From a virus (lineage: Duplodnaviria; Caudoviricetes): 24,380 nt of DNA. The stretch lies in the IMG/VR virus record IMGVR_UViG_3300022671_000055, positions 1-24,380 of that record. One strand, written 5' to 3'. This document shows positions 16,884 through 24,380 of this stretch, piece by piece; within the stretch, counting starts at the first letter, position 1; each line of letters opens with the position of its first letter. The notes under the pieces are model-generated. The model ran no database searches. It was not told the DNA's origin and saw only the letters and a program-made list of their open reading frames with translations. Made by a program: the position numbers and the translations under genes.

Positions 16884-17545
16884 GCGAGCTTCAAAAAACC
16901 AAAGATCTTTTATCTGACACCAAGATAGATGAGTCTTTAAATTTACGAGAGCTTTTAAACAAAGAGTTTTGTTTAGGAATGACTCGTCATGTTTGTCGTC
17001 ATGGGACTTTAGGTGAGGGTCATGAAAAGATTACGGACGCACAGAGGTATTATCAATCGATTAAAGAGGTTTATACGCGTGCGGTTACGCTTATTCAGAT
17101 GCGGGCTAGTTTATTAGAATTAGAGGCTGAGCTTTTAGAGGTAGAAGAGATGCCTGAAGGTAAAAAGTCTCAGGTTTTACGAAAAGAGGCGGCTCGTATG
17201 AAAGCAGAGCTTAGGCTTAAAACGACTAAGATTGAAATTGAGGATACTTTTAGGCAGCTTGATGAGTTTGACAAAGTAAGGCGTGAATTAGGGCCACGTG
17301 TAAAAGAAAAATATCCTCATGGTATTGAGCAAGCGGAAGTTGACAATTGGAAAGCGGTTGCTCGTTTTAGGCAATTAAAAAACCCCAATAACAATTTAAA
17401 TAACATACCTCTTTCTGATCAAGACAAGTGGGACCTTGCAGATGAGATTGGTAGATTAGATTTAAAGGCTGTAAAATTGGTTAGAGAGCCTGAATCGATG
17501 AAAAAACTGACGGAGCAGTTACATGAGCAAAAAGTATTACCTTAA
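16880..17545 (+). CDS. Coiled-coil protein coupled to the fibre gene (possible chaperone)
   Basis: TTGA overlap with the fibre stop. Long charged heptad helix. Confidence 0.65.
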   Translation: MSELQKTKDLLSDTKIDESLNLRELLNKEFCLGMTRHVCRHGTLGEGHEKITDAQRYYQSIKEVYTRAVTLIQMRASLLELEAELLEVEEMPEGKKSQVLRKEAARMKAELRLKTTKIEIEDTFRQLDEFDKVRRELGPRVKEKYPHGIEQAEVDNWKAVARFRQLKNPNNNLNNIPLSDQDKWDLADEIGRLDLKAVKLVREPESMKKLTEQLHEQKVLP

Positions 17546-17993
17546 TTTTGGAAGTGGAAACCCTGCGGATAACTCTGGATTGTCACCTACATTTATTAAC
17601 TTTGCAGATGAGACAGGACAAACCTTAACACCGCCTGGAATTACTGAAATTACGGCCGGGTTTTATCAATTTGAATATGGTCCTACATTGAGTGTTGCAA
17701 TGGTAGTAGACGGGGGTGCGGCTTTAGCTGCGAGTGATCGATATGTTTCAGCGGTACTAGATCCAATTCAGACGGTTGATCAAAAAGTAGGGAATGCTGA
17801 TTCTAGCTTTGGAAGTACTGCAGTAGATCCTGATACTTTGTTTGGTTTTGCCAAACGGTCACAAGAGTTTTTTGAAGGCGATGCGACATTTACTAAAGCG
17901 ACAGGTAAGTGGAGAGTTTTTAGCAGGGGTTCTTCAACACTGTTAAGAGAAAAAGATTTAACCAACAATACGACGGTTGCAAACAAGTCATAA
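17523..17993 (+). CDS. Hypothetical virion-like protein (156 aa)
   Basis: GGAG SD, beta-rich composition, in the structural operon. Confidence 0.65.
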   Translation: MSKKYYLNFGSGNPADNSGLSPTFINFADETGQTLTPPGITEITAGFYQFEYGPTLSVAMVVDGGAALAASDRYVSAVLDPIQTVDQKVGNADSSFGSTAVDPDTLFGFAKRSQEFFEGDATFTKATGKWRVFSRGSSTLLREKDLTNNTTVANKS

Positions 17994-18026
17994 GTAAGTG
18001 AAATTTATAGGCTAAAGGAGGGGACT

Positions 18027-20243
18027 ATGACACGCCCAAGCATTAGCCTAGCAATGATTGTTAAGAATGAAGCGCACAATCTTCCAGCGCTTTTTAAGTC
18101 AATTGAAAATTGTTTTGACGAAATTCACATTACGGATACAGGTTCAACGGATGAGACGGTTGATATCGCAAAGCAGATGGGAGCCCGTGTTCATTATTTT
18201 GAGTGGGTTAATGATTTTGCTGCTGCTAGAAATGCTAGCTTAGAGCCTATAAAAACTGATTATGTGATGTGGTTAGACGGTGATGATGTTTTGTCTGACA
18301 AAGACGCATTTATCCGTTGGCGTGACTATGCGATGACGCAATCAGATTTTTGGTTAGCGACTTATCATTATGCTTTTCATAAAAACGGGGTACCTAGTTG
18401 TTCATTTGTAAGAGAGCGGGTATTTCGAGCAAATATTGGTTTAAAGTTTAAATATTTTGTGCATGAGGGTGTACCACCTATTCGTCCTGACGGAAGGCGT
18501 GTTGAGGTTAATACGTGTACAACCTGGACGATTAATCACATGCGATCAGACGATGATATCAAGGCTGATAAGGCTCGTAACTTAAAGTTGTTTGAGGGGC
18601 GTGATGATATTGATGCTCGAATGCAATATTATTGGGGGAAAGAGTTATTTGAAAATAACGAGCCTAAAAAAGCGATAGAAAAGTTTAAGGTTGCGCTTGC
18701 GGATTCTAAGCTTGAATTGCACGACAAGATACTTGCTATTCAGTACATGTGTTTATCTTTAATGCGTGTGGGTGTTGAAGAAAAGAAGGTTGAAGTTTTT
18801 CCAAAGGTTATAGAGTTTGCGCAGCAGGGGTTGATGTTAGCGCCTCATCGGGCTGAGTTTTATACGTTTATAGGCGATTCATACATAAAGATGAATCGTT
18901 TACATGAGGCAATTCCATCGTTTTCGGCGGCTAAGGCGTGTCGATTTACCTCTCTGTCGGAGACTGGGATTGCCTCGCCCATATTTAGTTATGAAGATTG
19001 TTATGGTGCTTATCCTAGAAAAATGCTTGCCAAGCTTTATGCAAAAGAAGGCAATTTAGATCTTGCTCATCAAAACGTAAATGAGGTGCTTTCTGTAAGT
19101 CCTGATCATGAGGAAGCAAAGCTTATAAAAAGCGAGCTTGAAAAACTTGAGGTTAAGGTAGCTAAGAAAACAAAAACTCAACTTGAGGATGCAATTGTTT
19201 TTACGACTCCTGAGATGAATCTTTATCAGTGGGACTGGGAGACCTACAAGAAAAAGGGAATTGGCGGCAGTGAGACTGCGTGTGTTGAGATAGCTTATTG
19301 GTTAAAGCGTTTGACTAATAAAAGGGTTATTGTTTTTAACACTAGAGAAAAAGAAGATGTACAAGAAGGTGTTGAGTATTTTCCTTTAAATAGGGTTCAT
19401 GAGTATTTTGAAAAGTACGAGCCTAGTTTGCACATAGCTTGGAGGCATCCGATAGATTTAACAAAAGCTCCTACTTATGTTTGGTCGCATGATTTAGTGG
19501 TGCCTCAAATTGAAAACAGGAATCATTATGAAAAGGTTCTTTGTTTATCACCGTTTCATAGAAATTATTTGAATGCGTATCGTGGTGTAAGTTTAGATAA
19601 GATTATGCTTACTAAAAACGGTATTGATCCTAATCGTTTTAGTGGTGTTTTAGAGGTTGATAAAGATCCGAACAAGGTTGTTTTTTCTAGTTCTCCTGAT
19701 CGTGGTTTAGACCGTTGTATACGCGTGATGGATGAGGTGCGGAAAGAAAATCCTAAGGCTTATCTTTGTGTTTATTATGGATTTGAGAACATGGAAAAGA
19801 TGGGCATGAAGGATGAGGTTTTGCGTTTTAGAAAGCTTTGTGAGGAAAGGCCTTATGTGCGTTTAATTGGGAATGTAAACCAAAGGACGCTTACTCAAGA
19901 GTTTGCTTCAGCAGGTGTTTGGCTTTATCCGACACATTTTATGGAAACGTTTTGCATTACGGCATTAGAGGCGGTTTTGTGTCGCACCTATCCAATTGTA
20001 CGTAAATTTGGTGCCCTCCCTGACACTCTGGCATTTACGCAAGGCGACAATAAAATGGCAACTATTATTGATTCACCTTGTGAGAATGAGGAGCATTATA
20101 AGCTTTATGCGCGTGCTGTCTTAGATGCACAAAGGGATAAGTTATGGGAAAATATGGATGCAAAGCCTGAAGATTTTTCTTGGGAGAATGTGGCAAAACA
20201 ATGGCTTACGGATATGAAATTCAGATCGTCGGAGACGCACTAA
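18027..20243 (+). CDS. Bifunctional glycosyltransferase: GT2 (GT-A) - TPR - GT4-like (GT-B) fusion
   Basis: GT2 motifs SLAMIVKNE, DTGSTD, DFAAARN, WLDGDD, VHE. Helical TPR-like middle. GT-B motifs GIGGSETA, SSSPDRGL, ETFCITALEA. SD AAGGAGG. Confidence 0.88.
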   Translation: MTRPSISLAMIVKNEAHNLPALFKSIENCFDEIHITDTGSTDETVDIAKQMGARVHYFEWVNDFAAARNASLEPIKTDYVMWLDGDDVLSDKDAFIRWRDYAMTQSDFWLATYHYAFHKNGVPSCSFVRERVFRANIGLKFKYFVHEGVPPIRPDGRRVEVNTCTTWTINHMRSDDDIKADKARNLKLFEGRDDIDARMQYYWGKELFENNEPKKAIEKFKVALADSKLELHDKILAIQYMCLSLMRVGVEEKKVEVFPKVIEFAQQGLMLAPHRAEFYTFIGDSYIKMNRLHEAIPSFSAAKACRFTSLSETGIASPIFSYEDCYGAYPRKMLAKLYAKEGNLDLAHQNVNEVLSVSPDHEEAKLIKSELEKLEVKVAKKTKTQLEDAIVFTTPEMNLYQWDWETYKKKGIGGSETACVEIAYWLKRLTNKRVIVFNTREKEDVQEGVEYFPLNRVHEYFEKYEPSLHIAWRHPIDLTKAPTYVWSHDLVVPQIENRNHYEKVLCLSPFHRNYLNAYRGVSLDKIMLTKNGIDPNRFSGVLEVDKDPNKVVFSSSPDRGLDRCIRVMDEVRKENPKAYLCVYYGFENMEKMGMKDEVLRFRKLCEERPYVRLIGNVNQRTLTQEFASAGVWLYPTHFMETFCITALEAVLCRTYPIVRKFGALPDTLAFTQGDNKMATIIDSPCENEEHYKLYARAVLDAQRDKLWENMDAKPEDFSWENVAKQWLTDMKFRSSETH

Positions 20244-20398
20244 ACAGCACAGGATTTACGGGTCTTGATTCGATTTCTGGATTAGGTTTAAACACGTTTG
20301 GTTTTTTGTGGTCTAATGCAGACCGTTGGTCAGAGTGTGACAAAGCTGAGAGCACTACCTGGACGGAGTGTGAAATTTGCACGGATGGTAACGGATGA
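20201..20398 (+). CDS. Small hypothetical protein (65 aa)
   Basis: ATG 20201, overlaps the GT end, ATGA overlap with the next gene. WSEC/WTEC duplication near the C-terminus. Confidence 0.55.
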   Translation: MAYGYEIQIVGDALNSTGFTGLDSISGLGLNTFGFLWSNADRWSECDKAESTTWTECEICTDGNG

Positions 20399-21045
20399 CA
20401 TTTTTAGAGTTAAAAAGATTAGTATCTTATTGGGTTGATGATCTTGATTTTGGTTATTTTACTGAAATTCAAGTTGGGGACTTTATCAATAATGCTTTAA
20501 GAGAAATTCAAAAGTATTTAGTTCTTGCGGGAGAGAACTATTACCTACGTTGTGTTGAAACTCAGATAGTCAATGAGCAGGCGGATTATGTATTGCCTCA
20601 AGACTTTATGAAGTTAAACAGGCTTGAGATGGTTTATCCTGGGCAGTCTGTTCCGTGCACGATTGACAGTATTACGCTTAATCAAAAGGCATTATTGGCT
20701 GTAGGTCCCGGGGAGCCTTTGAGTTATTTTTTAAAAAAGGGTCGGATTGTATTAGTGCCCAAGCCTAATTCTTTAACTCGTACATTGCGTTTATTTTACA
20801 CTTACCGAATACCGGAGTTGGTTGAGGATGCCGAAGTTCCTGATTTACCTGCGGAATATCATGAGGCGCCTGCGATATTTGCTGCCTATGATTGTTTGCT
20901 TAAGGATGGCCGTGACCCGTCTACGTTACTGGTTAAGAAGCAAGAATACATTAGATTGATGAAAGAGCATGCTGACGAGCGTACGGTTGATCAGCCGAGG
21001 GAAGTAGTTGTTACTGAGGATTATGGTTACGGGACAATTGTATAA
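20395..21045 (+). CDS. Head-to-tail adaptor protein
   Basis: MTF.EL...FINNALREI...YVLPQDF...VPKP...PDLPAEYHEA pattern typical of podovirus adaptors. Precedes the nozzle gene. Confidence 0.75.
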   Translation: MTFLELKRLVSYWVDDLDFGYFTEIQVGDFINNALREIQKYLVLAGENYYLRCVETQIVNEQADYVLPQDFMKLNRLEMVYPGQSVPCTIDSITLNQKALLAVGPGEPLSYFLKKGRIVLVPKPNSLTRTLRLFYTYRIPELVEDAEVPDLPAEYHEAPAIFAAYDCLLKDGRDPSTLLVKKQEYIRLMKEHADERTVDQPREVVVTEDYGYGTIV

Positions 21046-22785
21046 ATGCCAGAGCCAAAGATTAAGTCTGAAAATTATGCAAACCTTGGAGGAATAAACA
21101 CTAAGGTATCTGAGTATATAACGGGTGAGTTTCAATTTTTAGATCTTAAAAACTTTACGTTTGAGCGTCCTGGGAGTCTTACCAAAAGAACCGGGTTTAC
21201 TCAGTTTGTGGGGGCTACTGTAACGGGTCGTTTTACGGGGGTTTACGAGTTTGAAAAACTTGATGGATCTTCTTATGTTATTGCTGCTGCTAATACTAAT
21301 GCATATGACGTCACTGCTGGCAGCTTTAATCCTATTAAAACGGGTTTAACTCAAAATGCTGTATTTGATTTTGAAACTTATGTTGATCGCTTATTTGCTA
21401 CAAATGGGTCTCAGTTTTTTAAGTATGATGGGGCTAATGTAACTGAATTTAGTTTACCGAGACCTGATGCCGCGCCGGTTGGATTTACGTTAGGTGTGAC
21501 GGGTACTGTTTCTGGATTTACTGGTATTTATCAATATGCAATTGGTTATAAAAACGACATTGGTTATTTTGGCCCTGTTAGTCCTGAAGATAGTTTAGGT
21601 GTGAGTGGGCAGGCTACGGTATTAAGTGGTTTTACGACGCCTGCGGGGTTTGGAATAAGTTCTATTGTTATTTACCGTACAGGCCCTAACCAGGGTGATT
21701 TATTTTTATTAGACGAGATATCTGCGGGTAGTAGTCTTTACGTTGATAACAATTCTGCAACACTTACAACACAAGCTGCAAATGATAATTTGTTTTTTAC
21801 TTTGGTTCCTAAATATTTAGAATTGTATAATAATCAAATGTTTTTTGCTGGGGCCAGTTCTCAGTTATCGACTGTTTATTTTTCTGACATTGGAATACCT
21901 GAAAGCATTAGGCCTGAATATTTTTTTGAGGTCAGGACAAATGACGGTGATCGTATTACGGGGATGGAAAGTTATAAGGGATTTTTGCTTATTTTTAAGG
22001 AAAGATCTTGTCATGTTTTAAGCGGGGATAATCCTGATAATTTTTTATTAAGAGAAATTAGTGATCAATATGGTTGTATTTCAAATAGATCAATTGTGAC
22101 GTTTGAGGATCGTTGTTTCTTTTTGGATCGCAAGGGTGTGGTTGAATATAACGGTGCAAACATTCGTGTTGTTTCAAATGCAGTGGAGCAAGATTTTTTA
22201 CGAATTAATTTAGCGGCGGCTAGAGAAAATGCGACTGCGATTCATAACCGATTAAGAAACGAAGTTTGGTTTTCTATTCCTGTTGATGGCAGTGAAGAGA
22301 ATAATTTAACGCTTGTTTACGATTATGTAGTAAACGCGTGGACTACGTTTGAGGGGTTTTCTGTTTCATCTATTACGACAGCGAGGTCTCGATTTGACAG
22401 AGAAACTGTTTTATTTGGTGGTTATAGTGGTGCTTTGTTTAATTTTGGAGCGAGTATTTTTGGCGACAATGGCAATGGATTTACTGCCTTACTTAAAACA
22501 CGTTTTATTAAGCCTTTAGGTAATTCTACTACTGAGCAGTTTAGAAGGCTTTATGTAGATCAAGATCCTATTATGGGAGTGAGTTCTCCTTTTCAGGTGG
22601 AGTTTTTTAAAGATTATGATGAAGTTGCTATATTAGAGCGGGACATGTCGCAGACTGAGTTTCAGTCACGAATTGATTATGGGATTCCTGCTAAGGCTTT
22701 ATCATTTCAAATATCAAACAGTTCTACATTACCTATTCGTGTTAATGGGTTTACGGTGGAGTCTAGATTACAGCGGAGAGTTTAA
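21046..22785 (+). CDS. Tail nozzle / stabilisation protein (P22 gp10 / T7 gp12-like)
   Basis: 579 aa. GGIN...GSLTKRTGF N-terminus, propeller strands (VYFSDIG.PE, DGDRITG, LLIFKE, GCIS..SI, LVYDY...AW). Confidence 0.78.
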   Translation: MPEPKIKSENYANLGGINTKVSEYITGEFQFLDLKNFTFERPGSLTKRTGFTQFVGATVTGRFTGVYEFEKLDGSSYVIAAANTNAYDVTAGSFNPIKTGLTQNAVFDFETYVDRLFATNGSQFFKYDGANVTEFSLPRPDAAPVGFTLGVTGTVSGFTGIYQYAIGYKNDIGYFGPVSPEDSLGVSGQATVLSGFTTPAGFGISSIVIYRTGPNQGDLFLLDEISAGSSLYVDNNSATLTTQAANDNLFFTLVPKYLELYNNQMFFAGASSQLSTVYFSDIGIPESIRPEYFFEVRTNDGDRITGMESYKGFLLIFKERSCHVLSGDNPDNFLLREISDQYGCISNRSIVTFEDRCFFLDRKGVVEYNGANIRVVSNAVEQDFLRINLAAARENATAIHNRLRNEVWFSIPVDGSEENNLTLVYDYVVNAWTTFEGFSVSSITTARSRFDRETVLFGGYSGALFNFGASIFGDNGNGFTALLKTRFIKPLGNSTTEQFRRLYVDQDPIMGVSSPFQVEFFKDYDEVAILERDMSQTEFQSRIDYGIPAKALSFQISNSSTLPIRVNGFTVESRLQRRV

Positions 22786-23118
22786 GTGAAGATTAAGGCA
22801 ACGCCTGAATTATCAAACCTTGAGACTTTAGAAGATGTTACGAGATATGGCACTCAGGTGATTCGTGAAATAGTTGACTTAATAAACGGTAATCTTAGAA
22901 TTACGGATAATTTATCAGTTTCTTTGCGCGATGTTGTTTTTTCGGCATCAAGCACTGAGGTACAAGTAGAACATGGTTTGAACCGTTTGCCGACGGGGTA
23001 TATACTAGTAAAGTCAAACGTAAGTACGACTTTATTTGACGGGGACACTGCAAACAGTACAACCCTTATTTATTTGAAAGCCTCGGCAGCAGCAAACACG
23101 AAAGTGCTGATATTTTAA
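22786..23118 (+). CDS. Small tail-associated protein
   Basis: GTG start abutting the nozzle stop. VEHGLNRLPTGYILV motif common in phage tail proteins. Confidence 0.6.
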   Translation: MKIKATPELSNLETLEDVTRYGTQVIREIVDLINGNLRITDNLSVSLRDVVFSASSTEVQVEHGLNRLPTGYILVKSNVSTTLFDGDTANSTTLIYLKASAAANTKVLIF

Positions 23119-23127
23119 GGGGTTAGC

Positions 23128-23667
23128 ATGTCAATAGTAGATCGATTAATGTCACAAGCGATGGGGGATGCACAAAATTTTGTGGGTTCTCAAAAGGGTC
23201 CGGTTGATCGAGATTTACGAGCACAGAACAAAGCGATTAAAGAGCAGCAAGCGCGGTTGAGAAGATCTCAGCGTCAGAGGGCTGAGGATTACACTCGTGG
23301 AGTTGAGCAAGAATCTAAAAGACAGGTTGAGCGTCAAAGAGAGGGCATTCGTCGTGGTGCTCAGAGTCGTGGTCTTTTGTACTCTGGTTTAAGGCAAGCG
23401 GCGGAAAGTGAAGCTGCGTTAGCGCCGGCAATGCAGGCTCAGGCGGCTCGTGAAGCGATTAACCGAAGATTGGGAGATGAGGCATTTAACGCTGAGCTTG
23501 CGACGGTGAGGAATTTACAGCAAGAGCTTGGGTTACAAGACCAGAGAAACGCGATGATACAAAACGAGCGTATGATGGAAAAGCAAAGACGAGATCAGGC
23601 TTTGGGTGGTCTTTTAGGTGGTATTGGTGGTGTTATTGGAACTGGATTAGGGTACGGGTTGAGATAG
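23128..23667 (+). CDS. Putative DNA ejection (internal virion) protein
   Basis: Q/R/A-rich helix, SRGLLYSGL motif, C-terminal glycine zipper LGGLLGGIGGVIGTGLG. Position after the nozzle. Confidence 0.65.
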   Translation: MSIVDRLMSQAMGDAQNFVGSQKGPVDRDLRAQNKAIKEQQARLRRSQRQRAEDYTRGVEQESKRQVERQREGIRRGAQSRGLLYSGLRQAAESEAALAPAMQAQAAREAINRRLGDEAFNAELATVRNLQQELGLQDQRNAMIQNERMMEKQRRDQALGGLLGGIGGVIGTGLGYGLR

Positions 23668-23668
23668 T

Positions 23669-24196
23669 ATGTCTTGGCAGCAAAAGATTCAGCAATTACA
23701 GGCACAAGCATTAGCACCTACGGAAGTAGAAACGGAAGAGGGTGTACAGCGGGGTGAGTTTTTAAAAAGATCTCGTTTAGGTGAAGATCGGTTAATAAAG
23801 CGGCAGTTAGAAGGTGCAGAACAGGTGGGTCAGGGTTTACTTGCTAGTGCTGCTGCTTCTCCTATGAATTATCAGCAATCAATTGGGATGGAACAAAACC
23901 CTGCATTACAGCAAGCATTAGAGCGTAGGAATCGTCGTGGTCTTGCTAGTAGTTTTAAAGATTTAGAAGCTCGTGCACGTTTTGAGGCTCCGACTCGACG
24001 ATTTGAGAGAATGCAAGCGGCGGTTGATCCTGCATTAAATTACTTACAGATTCAGCAACAAAGGGATGCGCAGACGCAAGCTCGTGATGCACAGAGAAGG
24101 GCTGCGCGATCGCAGATGATTTCATCTATTGCCGGCGGAGTGGGTCAAATAGCGGGCGTTGGATTAGGTGCGGCCTTAGGAGGCGGTGGTCAATGA
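23669..24196 (+). CDS. Putative DNA ejection (internal virion) protein
   Basis: Q/R/A-rich helix with C-terminal glycine zipper IAGGVGQIAGVGLGAALG. Confidence 0.65.
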   Translation: MSWQQKIQQLQAQALAPTEVETEEGVQRGEFLKRSRLGEDRLIKRQLEGAEQVGQGLLASAAASPMNYQQSIGMEQNPALQQALERRNRRGLASSFKDLEARARFEAPTRRFERMQAAVDPALNYLQIQQQRDAQTQARDAQRRAARSQMISSIAGGVGQIAGVGLGAALGGGGQ

Positions 24197-24357
24197 GTGA
24201 AGGATTATTGGGCGGCATAGGAGCGGGTCTTCAGGGTTTGACTCGTGGATTTCAGGCGGGCTCTCAGCTTTCGATGCAAAAGGAGCAGCAGCGATTAGCG
24301 AAGCAAGCAAGAGAAGAGGACAAGCAATTTTCTTGCTTTCCAGTCTGTCTACTCTGA
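24193..24357 (+). CDS. N-terminus of a third putative ejection protein, apparently truncated by a junction; not in ORF track
   Basis: ATGA overlap. MSEGLLGGIGAGLQGLTRGFQAGSQLSMQKEQQRLAKQAREEDKQF, then an abrupt out-of-character SCFPVCLL*. Confidence 0.55.
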   Translation: MSEGLLGGIGAGLQGLTRGFQAGSQLSMQKEQQRLAKQAREEDKQFSCFPVCLL

Positions 24358-24380
24358 GTGGTTCTTCCTTGACAAGATGT

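Noticed and set aside
1371-23048. Other short minus-strand and nested track ORFs (e.g. 1371, 1900, 6099, 7384, 7700, 7816, 8049, 8399, 8645, 10455, 10678, 13057, 13323, 13646, 17780, 18058, 20926, 22854)
   Set aside because: They overlap well-supported + strand genes and show no motifs or initiation signals.
320-24330. Alternative genetic code (stop readthrough) explaining the terL break
   Set aside because: Genes are full length in the standard code, all three stops are used at coupled gene ends, and readthrough cannot bridge 4.8 kb.

Overview
Almost the whole window (about 320-24330) is the packaging and virion-morphogenesis region of a tailed phage with short-tailed (podovirus-like) gene content. 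All genes are on the + strand and tightly coupled: DUF1064-like nuclease, TerS, TerL, portal, scaffold, major capsid, probable decoration protein, large fibre/spike, a GT2-TPR-GT4 glycosyltransferase, head-tail adaptor, tail nozzle and ejection proteins. The standout feature is a terminase large subunit split into two intact, separately initiated genes: an ATPase half (1667-2353) and a lid+nuclease half (7174-7998). They are 4.8 kb apart, with no intein or intron signature, and eight co-oriented genes lie between them (SAM methyltransferase, two small paralogues, a beta-repeat fibre-like protein, a propeller-like protein, three small ORFs). Other notable signals are a possible virion glycosylation/methylation system, a reversal of strand composition (C/A-rich to G/T-rich) along a single-polarity operon, twin leaderless promoters, and probable chimeric junctions at both ends. 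All family assignments come from motif recognition by eye; no database searches were run.
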